Source: Planctomycetota bacterium (GTDB lineage Bacteria; Planctomycetota; Planctomycetia; JALXBF01). Taken from it: DNA of 45,352 nucleotides. Below are positions 17,260 through 27,399 of the stretch, in pieces. Position 1 is the stretch's first letter. Each line of letters starts with the position of its first letter. Location of the stretch: assembly GCA_026991575.1 (NCBI GenBank), contig JALXBF010000139.1:1-45352 (forward strand). Reading direction: 5' to 3'. A model generated the notes under the pieces. That model saw only the letters and a list, made by a program, of their open reading frames with translations, searched no databases and had not been told where the DNA came from. Both the position numbers and the translations under genes were made by a program.

Positions 17260-18273
17260 ATGGCCGCGAAAGCAACCGTGCTCTTGAGCGGTTTTGCCGA
17301 TGAGGCAGCCTACTCGAAGGGGGCTGCCGAACAGCTGGGCGTCTTTGCCGCACTCGGACTGCAATACTACAGCTTGCGGTTCATCGACCTCGGCAACGGT
17401 GTCAAGAACGTCATGCAACTGTCGCCGGAAGAAATCAGCAGGCTCAAGGAGCTGCACCGCCGCTATGACATCCGCGTCTCGTCCATCGGCTCACCGATCG
17501 GCAAGGTCAAGCTACGCGACGTTGACGACGGCACGTCGAACCGCTATGTGCCGTTCGCCGAGTACCTGGACGAGGTGCGCCACGCGATCAGACTGGCCCA
17601 GGAGTTCGAGACAGTGCTGATCCGAGGCTTTTCCTTTTACCCCCCCCGTGGCCAGGAAGTTACCGAGGACATGATGGCCGAGGCCGCCGGGAAGCTGCGC
17701 GAGATTGTCGAACTCTGCGCCGAACACAGCGTGGTCTACGGTCTAGAAGTCGAAGCCAATCTGGTTGGTTGTGACGGTCCAAGTATGGCGGAGCTGTACC
17801 GCCGCGTGAACCATCCCAACCTGGTGCTGATCTTCGACGGCGGTAACCTCAGTACCCAGAACCGGCCGCCCGAAGTGGTCTTTGCTGATTACGAGGCGAT
17901 GAAGCCCGGTCTGGGCTGGCTACACATCAAGGACTACAAGATCGACCCGCTGTTGCAGTGGCAGGGGTACGTGGACGAGGAACGGCTCAAGAATTTTGTG
18001 CCCGTCGATGAAGGTGACAGCGGCCATGAGCGCATCCTGCGCGACCTTCGCGACTCGTTCCAACCGATCGAGGATCGCATGAGACGGCTCGGTGCCCCGG
18101 GCGTGTTCCTGGAGCTGGAGCCACACCTCCGAGCCGGAGGCCAGTTCGGCGGCTTCAGCGGTCCGGATGGCATGGGGATCGCGCTGCGGGCCCTGCTGAA
18201 GCTACTCGACTACGTGGGCATCGGATACAGCCTGCGCGATTTCGACTGGCTCCGGACCTCGCGCGGCTACTAG
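17260..18273 (+). CDS. Sugar-phosphate isomerase/epimerase (xylose-isomerase-like TIM barrel)
   Basis: ATG 17260 after AAGGAG; LSGFADE, IGSPIGK, IRGFSFY, FDGGN, LHIKD, LEPHL. Confidence 0.88.
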   Translation: MAAKATVLLSGFADEAAYSKGAAEQLGVFAALGLQYYSLRFIDLGNGVKNVMQLSPEEISRLKELHRRYDIRVSSIGSPIGKVKLRDVDDGTSNRYVPFAEYLDEVRHAIRLAQEFETVLIRGFSFYPPRGQEVTEDMMAEAAGKLREIVELCAEHSVVYGLEVEANLVGCDGPSMAELYRRVNHPNLVLIFDGGNLSTQNRPPEVVFADYEAMKPGLGWLHIKDYKIDPLLQWQGYVDEERLKNFVPVDEGDSGHERILRDLRDSFQPIEDRMRRLGAPGVFLELEPHLRAGGQFGGFSGPDGMGIALRALLKLLDYVGIGYSLRDFDWLRTSRGY

Positions 18274-18305
18274 TCAGGCATATGGCTCACGGTGCCAGGA
18301 CGGTG

Positions 18306-19661
18306 TCACGCGGGCTGCGCCGTGGGGTTGCCCAGCACGGGCAGGCGCGGCAGCCGCTCGATCGGCTCGGTCCACACCGGTCGACCCTCTAGATGGCCTT
18401 CGGCCATGCGCTCGGCGTGCACCTTCAGTAGGGTGCCCGGCTGCAGGACACCGGCCGGATCAGGCACGCGCACTTCGACATAGCGCTCCGCGGTGCCACG
18501 CAGCCAACCCGGCTGGTCGCGCGCCGGTCGCTCCAGCAGCACCTCCAGCGTGCGGCCCACGAGCCGCTGGCGGAAGCGACGGCCCAGCTCCTCGGCCACT
18601 TCGGCCAGTGCGGCACGTCGTGCCCGCACGACCGCCCGCGGTAACTGGTCCGGCATCGCCGCCGCCGGGGTTCCAGCGCGGGGACTGAACGGGAAGACAT
18701 GGATCCTGGCAAAACCAACCCGGCGGCACACGGCTATCGTCGCCTCGAAGTCGGCGTTGCTTTCGCCGGGAAAGCCGACGATGACGTCCGTCGTGATAGC
18801 CGGCTCATCCAGTGCTGCAAGGACGCGTTCCACACGCCGCAGGAACGCTGCCACCGTGTAGCGGCGTCGCATGCGGCGTAGCACCCGATCTGAGCCGCTT
18901 TGCAAGCATAAGTGCAGGTGGGGGCAGATGCGTCCGGCATGGTCGCGCAGGACGCGAATCAAGTTCTCGTCAACCTCGACCGCCTCCAGGCTCGACAGTC
19001 TCAACCGCCAGCGCCCCTCGATCCGCGCGAGCCGGTCGACCAACTGCCACAGTCGAGTGCGCTGCCGGATCGGCGCATCGAAGCCGTAGTGGCCCAGATG
19101 GATGCCCGTCAGGACAATCTCGCGGTAGCCACTGCGTATCAGCCCCCGCACCTCAGCCTCGATCTCCTCCGGCGGCCGACTGCGCAGCTTGGGCCGGACG
19201 CGCGGGATGATGCAGAAGGTGCACTTCAGGAGACAACCATCCTGGATCCGGACGAACGCGCGCTGGTGGCCGGCAAATCGACGGATGCGGGCCACCCAGC
19301 GCGTCACCCCGAAACGACGCAGGACGGTAGGTAGGTCATCCGGGTGCCGCACCACCGCACGCACCCCGGGCAGCTGGGCAAGTTGCTCAGGGTCGCGCGC
19401 CGCGTAGCAGCCCGTTACGACGATTGCCGCTCCGGGATGCTGTCGGGCCAGCCGGCGGATGAGCTGGCGGGCTTCCGCGTCAGCCTGATGCGTGACCGTG
19501 CACGTATTGACAATGCACAGATCCACAGCGTGCGACGAAGCGTCAGCCGGCACGAACCCGCTGGCCAGCAAGCTTTCCCGGATCAGCTCGCTGTCGTACT
19601 GGTTCGCCTTGCAGCCCAGCGTTACTAGCCGAAACGTTGCCCTCGACTTGTGGTCCTGCAT
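18306..19661 (-). CDS. mtaB: tRNA t6A37 methylthiotransferase (radical SAM)
   Basis: TLGCKANQYDS, NTCTVT, IQDGCLLKCTFCIIP (CxxxCxxC), LTGIHLG, HVFPFSPRAGT, TRAM-like tail; start uncertain (up to 19703). Confidence 0.9.
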   Translation of the reverse strand: MQDHKSRATFRLVTLGCKANQYDSELIRESLLASGFVPADASSHAVDLCIVNTCTVTHQADAEARQLIRRLARQHPGAAIVVTGCYAARDPEQLAQLPGVRAVVRHPDDLPTVLRRFGVTRWVARIRRFAGHQRAFVRIQDGCLLKCTFCIIPRVRPKLRSRPPEEIEAEVRGLIRSGYREIVLTGIHLGHYGFDAPIRQRTRLWQLVDRLARIEGRWRLRLSSLEAVEVDENLIRVLRDHAGRICPHLHLCLQSGSDRVLRRMRRRYTVAAFLRRVERVLAALDEPAITTDVIVGFPGESNADFEATIAVCRRVGFARIHVFPFSPRAGTPAAAMPDQLPRAVVRARRAALAEVAEELGRRFRQRLVGRTLEVLLERPARDQPGWLRGTAERYVEVRVPDPAGVLQPGTLLKVHAERMAEGHLEGRPVWTEPIERLPRLPVLGNPTAQPA

Positions 19662-19849
19662 GCCGTGCGCCATCGTTAATGTTATCGCCACAGTCCGCGA
19701 CACCGAACGCCGGGAGGGGATTCGTAGAATTGCTGATGTGTCAGGCGAAGGCGACCCCGGCGCGCCAAGTGGCCGTTATGCAACCGCTGCTGCCGTGCAT
19801 GCAGAGCGCACGCCGGGTGACGGCAGATGGCAGGAAGGCAGGTGCGGCG

Positions 19850-20404
19850 ATGGACGAGATCTTCGACGAATTGAGCTCGGCTGGTCGAGAGCACCAGCGG
19901 CACGTGATCTCTGCGCTCGTGCAGAACCAGCCGGGTGTGCTTGCGCACATCGCCGGTATGCTTGCATCCCGCGGCTTCAACATAGACAGTCTGGCCGTGG
20001 GCGAGACGGAAAATCCCGAGCTTTCCCGCATGACGTTTGTGGTCGTCGGCAACAACCGCGTGCTTGATCAAGTCCGCAAACAGCTGGAGAAGATCGTCAC
20101 GGTCGTGCGCGTCCAGGACATCAGCTCAGAGGACTATGTCGAACGTGACCTGATGCTAATCCGAGTGACCTGCCCTCCGGAGCGACGGAGCGAAATCCGG
20201 GAGTTGGTCGAGATCTTTCGGGGCCGGGTTGTGGACGTCGGCCGCAATGACCTGATGATCGAGATCTCCGGGACAGAGAAGAAGGTCGAAGCGTTCATCG
20301 AGCTGATGCGGCCCTACGGGATCAAGGAACTGGTACGCAGCGGACGGATTGCACTGGTACGCAGCTCAAGTTTTCGCCAGGGCAACGGCCAGACGGGAAG
20401 CTGA
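19850..20404 (+). CDS. ilvN: Acetolactate synthase small (regulatory) subunit
   Basis: HVISALVQNQPGVLAHIAGMLASRGFNIDSLAVG ACT domain, ELVRSGRIAL; likely start ATG 19850. Confidence 0.95.
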   Translation: MDEIFDELSSAGREHQRHVISALVQNQPGVLAHIAGMLASRGFNIDSLAVGETENPELSRMTFVVVGNNRVLDQVRKQLEKIVTVVRVQDISSEDYVERDLMLIRVTCPPERRSEIRELVEIFRGRVVDVGRNDLMIEISGTEKKVEAFIELMRPYGIKELVRSGRIALVRSSSFRQGNGQTGS

Positions 20405-20477
20405 CCGGGGCGGCAGCCCCCGGTCGCGATGAGCGGTGCCGACGCGTGCGGATTAGCCCGGCAGTGGAGCGACAGCG

Positions 20478-22337
20478 TTGGACGCAGCACCTGGCCGTAA
20501 CGCGACGCTGGTCGCCGTGGCGGTGTCCCTCTGCCTGCTGGGGGCCCACGGTTGGCTCTGCTGGCGCGCCTATCCCCCGGGCTACCCGGACCGGCCGGTG
20601 CCGTTTATGCAGAACGATCACACGTTCCACTTCTACTATGCCTGGCTTGCGGCACGCAGCGGCCAACCCAATCCTTCCAGCTATGACCCGTACTTCATGG
20701 CCGGCTATGCCAAGACCCTGCTGTTCCCATCCAGTAGCACCTACCCGGAGTTGATCGGCTGGCTCTTCCCCGAGCACGTGGCCTTTGCCTATCGGCTGTA
20801 CGTGCTGCTGGCCGCCTGGCTGACGCCTGCGCTACTGGCCGTAGCCGGGGCGATCGCCACCGGCCGTCCAACACCGGTTGCGACCGTCTTGGCGTGGGCA
20901 GTCGCCTGGTTCTGGGGGGCATTCCCGGCGACGTACGTGGACTGGGGGATGGCTGCGTTCGTCGTGACCTCCGCGATGACACTGCTGGCCTCGATTGTGC
21001 TGTGGCGCTGGCTGCGTGTCGGTGGGCTCAGCCGATGGGGGATCGGCACAGCGATGCTCTGTGCGGCTCAGGTCGGACACCCGTCCACGGCGGTAACTGC
21101 CGCAAGCGTGCTGGCGTGGCCGGCTCTGGCAACGCTGTGGCGCCGCGACGTTGGCCGCTTGGCGTCTCTGGCGGCCGCGGCCACGGTGGTCCTTGCGGTC
21201 TGGACTCCGTGGTGGTGGCCTGCGTGGCTGTGCCGCGATCAGCTGCGGTCGCTGGCAACAGGCTTTGTCAACGAGAACTTCTTGGGACGGATGCTCGAGC
21301 TGGCCCAGGCGCGGTTCCCGTTGGAGACGGCCCTGCTGGTAGCGGCAGTCGGTTCCTTTGCGGTGTTGGCGTACCGGCAGCGCGAGATGCTGACGACAGC
21401 CGCGGCCGGTGCCGTGCTGCTGTTCGCGCTGGGGTACGGTGCTGCGGCGGTGAAGGCGCTTGCCTGGCTGCAGCCTGGCCGCTATACCCAGCCCCTGTAT
21501 GCATGGTTGGTGCTTTGGAACGGTGCCGTGCTGGGCAGCGGTTGGCACCGCGGTTGCCGGCCCGCGGTGCGGGCTCTTTGGTTCGCGACCCAGGGCGTGG
21601 CGATAGCGCTGGCCGCCATGGCCGTACTCGGGCAGGCCGGACAGCTCGGCAGGCCGAGGTTAACGGCGGCGGTGCCACGTGCCGTGGCCGCTGTCTGCCG
21701 TGCGCTCCGGGACGCACCGCCCGAGGCGGGCCGAGTGCTATTCGAGGAGATGGAGCGGCGCGATTTGGCACTGCGTTGGCTGACGGTGCCAATCGATCCG
21801 TACGCGGGAACGAATCCGGCGGCCTATGTCGTGACGCGCACCGGCCACCAGCTCATCGGCGGGCCGTACCTGTACACGCACCTGAAGCAGAACGCGGTCC
21901 AGTTCGGGGACGGGCGGCTGTGCGGCCGGCCGATCGATCAAGTGGACCAGGCGTGGTTTTGGGAAGTGGCGCGGCGATACAACGTGCGTTGGCTGGTGGT
22001 GTGGTCGCGTCCGATGGTGCGCCTGGCAGAAGCAGCACCGGAGCGGTTCCGGCTCGTCTTGGAGGTCGACGGGTTACGGCTGTACGAGTTGCAAAGGCCG
22101 GCCAACTGGGCGATCGAAGGTTTCGCACGGTGTCGGGTGCAGCCCGGGAGAATCGAGGTGCTGAATGCCAAAGAAGGGAAGCGAGGCCTGTTGGTCCTGT
22201 CGTTCCACTGGGCGGCGGGGCTGGCTGCTGACGTGCGGTTGAGGCCGGTTCGTGTTGGCGACGATCCGGTGCCGTTCATCGGAGTGGAGGCCCCGCCCGA
22301 TCGGTTCACCGTCCGGTGGCGGCCGTGGCGGCGCTGA
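20478..22337 (+). CDS. Polytopic membrane protein, possibly GT-C-fold glycosyltransferase-like
   Basis: About 11-13 hydrophobic segments; first loop NDHTFH...YDPYFMAGY; soluble C-terminal region. Family assignment is inference. Confidence 0.65.
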   Translation: MDAAPGRNATLVAVAVSLCLLGAHGWLCWRAYPPGYPDRPVPFMQNDHTFHFYYAWLAARSGQPNPSSYDPYFMAGYAKTLLFPSSSTYPELIGWLFPEHVAFAYRLYVLLAAWLTPALLAVAGAIATGRPTPVATVLAWAVAWFWGAFPATYVDWGMAAFVVTSAMTLLASIVLWRWLRVGGLSRWGIGTAMLCAAQVGHPSTAVTAASVLAWPALATLWRRDVGRLASLAAAATVVLAVWTPWWWPAWLCRDQLRSLATGFVNENFLGRMLELAQARFPLETALLVAAVGSFAVLAYRQREMLTTAAAGAVLLFALGYGAAAVKALAWLQPGRYTQPLYAWLVLWNGAVLGSGWHRGCRPAVRALWFATQGVAIALAAMAVLGQAGQLGRPRLTAAVPRAVAAVCRALRDAPPEAGRVLFEEMERRDLALRWLTVPIDPYAGTNPAAYVVTRTGHQLIGGPYLYTHLKQNAVQFGDGRLCGRPIDQVDQAWFWEVARRYNVRWLVVWSRPMVRLAEAAPERFRLVLEVDGLRLYELQRPANWAIEGFARCRVQPGRIEVLNAKEGKRGLLVLSFHWAAGLAADVRLRPVRVGDDPVPFIGVEAPPDRFTVRWRPWRR

Positions 22338-22357
22338 CGTGTTGCGGCCGCGGGCGG

Positions 22358-23086
22358 TTACTTGCTCGAGGCTTCCTCGGGCTGTTTCTCCAGGGCGCCG
22401 ACAGCCAGCAGGGCGTTCCGGGCAGCTTTCTGTTCTGCGTCCTTCTTGGTGCGGCCCCATGCTGGTTCGTACTGTTTGTCGCCGAGTCGCACGGCGATGA
22501 GAAACGATTTGCTGTGGTCGGGTCCCTGTTCGCCGAGCACGACGTACGAGGGGGGATAGCCGAGGTGCTTTTGGGCGTAATGTTGGAGAAGGCTCTTGTA
22601 GTTCTCGTCGATGGCGTTCCTGGCGAAGCGGCGGATCTCGTCGCGGAACACACGGCGCACGAATTTCCGCGCCGCCTGGTACCCTCGGTCAAGAAAAATC
22701 GCCGCAATGACCGATTCAAGCGCGTCGGCCAGGACCGAGCGAGGCATTTCCGACTGGTTCGGCACCCCCTTGCCAAGCAGGATGAACTCGTGCAGGTCAA
22801 GCTTCTGAGCCACGCGAGCACACGATCGACGACTCACCACGGCTGACTTGATCCGCGTCAGCTCCCCTTCGAGCATGTCGGGAAATTCGCGGTAGAGCAG
22901 CTCGCAGATCACGGCTGCGAGAATGGCATCGCCGAGGAACTCGAGGCGTTCGTTCGAGCTGAGTCTGTCCTCGCTATGTGATGCGTGCGTCAGGGCGGCG
23001 AGGAGCAACTCCGGACGCTTAAATCGAACCCCTAGCCGCTCCTGGCATTGCTCTAACCGACGCTCCAGGACCTGTTCCGACACCAC
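22358..23086 (-). CDS. rnc: Ribonuclease III
   Basis: ALTHAS, NERLEFLGDA signature, dsRBD NYKSLLQ...GPDHSK...KKDAEQKAA; GTG start after GGGAGG. Confidence 0.97.
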   Translation of the reverse strand: MVSEQVLERRLEQCQERLGVRFKRPELLLAALTHASHSEDRLSSNERLEFLGDAILAAVICELLYREFPDMLEGELTRIKSAVVSRRSCARVAQKLDLHEFILLGKGVPNQSEMPRSVLADALESVIAAIFLDRGYQAARKFVRRVFRDEIRRFARNAIDENYKSLLQHYAQKHLGYPPSYVVLGEQGPDHSKSFLIAVRLGDKQYEPAWGRTKKDAEQKAARNALLAVGALEKQPEEASSK

Positions 23087-23328
23087 TGCCTCCCATACGG
23101 TCCGCAGGACGTGGAGCCCCAGTCCTAGGCGCCGGGAAAGAAATCGCGCCGCCGAGGACGGGACTTCGGCGAAGCGATTCCTTTCCCAGCGAAGCACCAC
23201 TCCATTCTAGCGGATACTCTCGTTGTCCGCACGGGCCGGCCAGCACGCACCCCCCCGTGGTTTCCTGCGAGCCGTCGGTCAGCAGTGAGTGCCACGGGCC
23301 GCGCCAGTGCGTGGATCGCCGGGAGCGG

Positions 23329-24876
23329 CTACGCGGATCGCGTTTCTTCCCTGCGCCGCCGTTGTTGCTGTTGCTGGCGATGGGCCAGGCGGAGCCGTCG
23401 GATCGGCTTCTGGAGCTTCCGCAGTGCTCTGGCTTCAATCTGGCGAATCCGCTCGCGCGTCACACCAAAGACCAGAGCACACTGTTCGAGTGTCTTTGGT
23501 GGATCGCCCTCAAGGCCGAACCGAAGCCGGATGATCTGGGCTTCGCGGGGCGTCAACTGGCGCAGCACCTGGGCGACCCAGTCGCGGAGCAGGTGACGAT
23601 CAGCCGCTTCGTGTGGATCTTCCACGTTACGGTCCGGGATCAGATCGCCGAAGGCTGTATCGTCGTCGCTGCCAATGGCGCGATCCAGGCTGAGCGGCAC
23701 ACGGGCGGAGCGCATGAGTTGCTCGACGGCTGCTCGATCCAGCCCGCTGGCCCGGGACATCTCCTCGACGGTCGGCGTCCGACCATGCCTCATTTCCAGA
23801 TCGCCTGCCGTGCGCCGCAGGTGCATCAAGTCGCTGGCCAGATGGTTGGGCAGCCGAATCAGCCGGGATTGGTCGGCCAACGCGCGAGTGACCCCCTGGC
23901 GGATCCACCACGTGGCATACGTGCTGAACTTGTGACCTAAACGGTACTCGTACTTGTCAACGGCGCGGAGCAGCCCAGCGTTGCCTTCCTGGATGAGATC
24001 TAGGAAACCGAGGCCCCGGCCACGGTACGCCTTGGCCACGGAGACAACCAGCCGTAGGTTGCGCTCGGCAAGCTCCCGGCGGGCAACCTGCCACTGGTCA
24101 AAGCGGGACTGGATCACGCGCAGCCGGCGGGACAGCGTCTCGGGCGTCTCCTGCAGTTTGCGCATCAGCGCCCGCAGCGTCTCACGCGCTTCCGTGTTGC
24201 TCTTGTCCTTGCGCAGCTTTTCCACCTGCTCCATCATCTCGTCGTAGTAGCCGCGCAACTCGCGCCACAGCATAATGACCTCCGCCGTGCGCAGCGACAA
24301 CTCCTCCAGCAGTCGCATGATCTTCCACCGCAGGCGCAATGCGCGGGCAAACACACGCGGCGAAATCCTGCCCCGGCACCGGCTGATCGACCGATCGAAG
24401 TGGGTACGTGCCCGCTGTAGCAGCCGCTCGAGCGTGGCGATGTGATGGGGCAGACGGCTGCGGATCTGGTGCGCCTGGAGCCTGGCAGTGACGGACGTTT
24501 CCACCGTGCGCTCCAGCGGAACCTCGCCACGCAGCACGCGGACAAAGACCCGGTAGGCCTGCTCCTGCGTGTACGCTGTCATGAACACGCTACGGCGGAA
24601 CCGATACCGGCCCTCTTCCACGCGGCGGGCCAATTCGATCTCCTCTTCGCGCGTCAGCAGCGGCAGCGCGCATGCCTGGCGCAGGTACAAGCCCAGCGGA
24701 TCATCGCGCCCGTTGCCGCCGTCTTCCTGCTCCGAGAAGACACTTGGCCCGAACAGCTCCTCGACGTCACTGCCCACGGTGTCTTCGTAGACCGCCTCCT
24801 GTTGGATTGCCTGGGCAGCCTGTTCCAGGCACAGTTCACGCTCTTCCAGATCCATCAACTCATCAACCATCGACAC
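23329..24876 (-). CDS. RpoD/SigA-family sigma70 factor (probably a paralog)
   Basis: Region 1.2 DPLGLYL..LLTREEE, region 2 NLRLVVSVAK..DLIQEGN..FSTYATWWIRQ, region 4 VTRERIRQIE. Confidence 0.93.
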   Translation of the reverse strand: MSMVDELMDLEERELCLEQAAQAIQQEAVYEDTVGSDVEELFGPSVFSEQEDGGNGRDDPLGLYLRQACALPLLTREEEIELARRVEEGRYRFRRSVFMTAYTQEQAYRVFVRVLRGEVPLERTVETSVTARLQAHQIRSRLPHHIATLERLLQRARTHFDRSISRCRGRISPRVFARALRLRWKIMRLLEELSLRTAEVIMLWRELRGYYDEMMEQVEKLRKDKSNTEARETLRALMRKLQETPETLSRRLRVIQSRFDQWQVARRELAERNLRLVVSVAKAYRGRGLGFLDLIQEGNAGLLRAVDKYEYRLGHKFSTYATWWIRQGVTRALADQSRLIRLPNHLASDLMHLRRTAGDLEMRHGRTPTVEEMSRASGLDRAAVEQLMRSARVPLSLDRAIGSDDDTAFGDLIPDRNVEDPHEAADRHLLRDWVAQVLRQLTPREAQIIRLRFGLEGDPPKTLEQCALVFGVTRERIRQIEARALRKLQKPIRRLRLAHRQQQQQRRRREETRSA

Positions 24877-25361
24877 TGGACACCCTCGCTACGAGCCCAA
24901 TGGGAACGTCCCGTTGCGCAGCGGCCGCCCGGCGGTGCCAGAGGAACCGACCGCTGCCACATGCCACAGGCACGCACTGCTGAGCCATGCCCGAACGGAG
25001 AGCACGCTGTCGGGGCGCCGATCGGTGAAGGAGGACCACAAGCGGTTGAATCACCCGAAGTGAGCGGCGATCAGCAGGGGGGAGAGAAGCGGTGCCAAAG
25101 GGTGAGCTGACGTCGCGAGCGCAGCTCCAGACTGCAGCGCCTCTGAGACGATGTCCCGCACGACGAAGGCCCTTTCGCAGCACAGTACCACTGCGGCAAC
25201 ACCGCCGCGCGGCACTGAAGCTCAGTTTCGGCCGGACATCCGTACGCACAGCCATCAACGGACGGCTTCCCCCCTTGGCGCGAGCACGGCATACCAACCC
25301 CGTGAACGGGCGATCTCCTTACCCCAGAGCACGCCCCGCTCGCTGTTATCAGGTGGTAATC

Positions 25362-25415
25362 TCCACACTCCGTCCGTAGGAGTGTCGATTTTACTAAATC
25401 TGACGGCCATGTCAA
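25362..25415 (-). promoter_or_regulatory. sigma70 promoter with CIRCE-like inverted repeat over the start site
   Basis: TTGACA-16 nt-TAAAAT (25415-25388) followed by TCGACACTC-N9-GAGTGTGGA (25388-25362). Confidence 0.6.
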
Positions 25416-25466
25416 ACGGTTTTTCCCGTCACGGTGGCATCTCCTGCCGCCGCCGTCGCGGTCAAC

Positions 25467-27224
25467 TCAGGCCCGCGCGACAGCCTCCGGCCCGCCGGCC
25501 GCCGGGCGAAAGTCCTGGACTTCCAGCCGCACCGACGTATAGCCCTGGTAGTGGTTCAGGTGGGCGGTGAACACGATGTCGTACCGGTTGCCGGCGACAA
25601 GCTCCTGAGCGCGTTCTGCCATGCCGAACGCAACCGCTCGCAGAGACGCTGAGTGCTGGCGCACGCGGAACATCAGATGACGCTGGTCTTTGCCCACAAT
25701 CCGCGGTTCTTCCAGCAGCTCCACGTCCGTAGCTAACAGCAATGGCCGCCGGTTCCCCTGGCCAAACGGACCCATTGCTTCCAACCACCGCACCGCGCCG
25801 ACGGTCAGCTCCGCCAGGATGACCTCGCTGTCGATGAGCAGCACTTCCTTGAGTTGCTCGGCGTCGAGCGCGGCTTCCGCGTGCGCGTTGAGCGCCTGGC
25901 GAAATTCGGTCAGCAGCTGAGGGCGCAACCGCACCCCTACGGCCGCGGCATGACCGCCGTAGCCGATGAGCCATTCCCGGCATGCTTCCAGCGCCGCACA
26001 CAGGTCGTAGCCCGGGATGGATCGCCCCGAGCCCTGCGCGATCGGTGCGGAGGTTGTTACCAGCACGGTGGGCTTCCAGAACCGGCGGACAAGCCGCGCA
26101 GCGACGATGCCCACGATGCCCGGGTGCCAAGACGGCTTGCCCAGGACGATGGCCCCGCCGGCGGCCAGCTCCGGCTGTTCCCGCACCAGCTCCAACGCTT
26201 CGCGGTAAACCCGGTTCTCCAGGCTCTGCCGCTGCCCGTTGAGCCGATCCAGGTGAGCGGCCAGCTCTTCGGCCCGCGCGGTGCTGCGGGTCATCAGCAA
26301 TTCGACCGCGTGCCGAGCATGCCCGAGCCGTCCGACGGCATTCAGCCGCGGCGCGATGCGGTAAGCAACCGCTTCGGCCGGCAGGTCATGGTCGCGGTCC
26401 ACGCCTGCCAACCGCATCAGTTCAGCCAGTCCGATCGGGGGGGCTTTGCGCAACGCCTTCAGGCCGTAGTGCACCAGGACGCGGTTCTCACCTTGCAGCG
26501 GCACGACGTCGGCCACGGTAGCGATCGCAGCCAGCAACAGGCAATCCCTCAAGTACTCCCGGTAACGCGGCGGCAGACGCCGCTGGCCAGTGAGGCGGCG
26601 GGCGATGGCCCAGGCCAGCTTCAGCGCTACGCCGGCGCCGCACAGAGACGCGCACGCGGCGCTGGAGCCGTTCAAACGGGGATGTACCACCGCGTCCGCA
26701 GCGGGCAATTCCGGGCCGGGATGGTGGTGGTCCGTCACGATCAGTTCGACGCCAAGCTGCCGTGCCAGATGGGCCTCCTCGACGCTGCGGATGCCACAGT
26801 CGACCGTGACCACCAGGTCGACCCGCCGTTCCGTGCGGAGATGCTCCAGGGCTGCCCGGTTCAGCCCATAGCCTTCCTCGATCCTCTGCGGTATGTAGTA
26901 TTCGACATCCGCTCCAGCCAGCTTCAAACAGCCAACCAGAATTGCGGTCGCGCAAACGCCGTCTGCGTCGTAATCGCCGTAGACACAGATCTTTTTCCCG
27001 GCGCGCACAGCCCGCACGATCCGTTCAGCAGCCTCGTCTGCCCCGGCCAGTTCGTCCGGCTCGGTCAGATCATTCAGCGATGGTGCCAGGAAACGCCGCG
27101 CTTGCTCAGGTTCGCTAACTCCACGCTGCACCAACAGCCGAGCCAGAAACGCCGGGATCCGCAACGCGCGGCTCAGCCGCGCAACTGGCTCGGAACGGAC
27201 CTCCACCAGCCGCCAGACTCTCAT
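25467..27224 (-). CDS. recJ: Single-stranded-DNA exonuclease RecJ
   Basis: YGDYDADG, TVDCG, TDHH, IAPRLNAVGR, GSGRS, GGHAAAVG, PFGQGN. Confidence 0.97.
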   Translation of the reverse strand: MRVWRLVEVRSEPVARLSRALRIPAFLARLLVQRGVSEPEQARRFLAPSLNDLTEPDELAGADEAAERIVRAVRAGKKICVYGDYDADGVCATAILVGCLKLAGADVEYYIPQRIEEGYGLNRAALEHLRTERRVDLVVTVDCGIRSVEEAHLARQLGVELIVTDHHHPGPELPAADAVVHPRLNGSSAACASLCGAGVALKLAWAIARRLTGQRRLPPRYREYLRDCLLLAAIATVADVVPLQGENRVLVHYGLKALRKAPPIGLAELMRLAGVDRDHDLPAEAVAYRIAPRLNAVGRLGHARHAVELLMTRSTARAEELAAHLDRLNGQRQSLENRVYREALELVREQPELAAGGAIVLGKPSWHPGIVGIVAARLVRRFWKPTVLVTTSAPIAQGSGRSIPGYDLCAALEACREWLIGYGGHAAAVGVRLRPQLLTEFRQALNAHAEAALDAEQLKEVLLIDSEVILAELTVGAVRWLEAMGPFGQGNRRPLLLATDVELLEEPRIVGKDQRHLMFRVRQHSASLRAVAFGMAERAQELVAGNRYDIVFTAHLNHYQGYTSVRLEVQDFRPAAGGPEAVARA

Positions 27225-27399
27225 CAGCGCTCCCTTGCGGTTACACAGCCTCTGTTCCACGATACGGACCTGGCTTGCTCGGGGGAAGAGTCCCGCGGAC
27301 GCGCCCCGCGACTACGGCTGTGCGCCGCTCGGTGCTGTCCCTGCCCCGCTCCGGATCCCTATGCTTATCTGAGGCGCACAGACCGGGGAGCAGGACACG

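Noticed and set aside
23329..23385. QQQQQRRRR tail of the sigma factor as a contingency repeat
   Set aside because: Mixed CAG/CAA codons, very short; likely a disordered tail.
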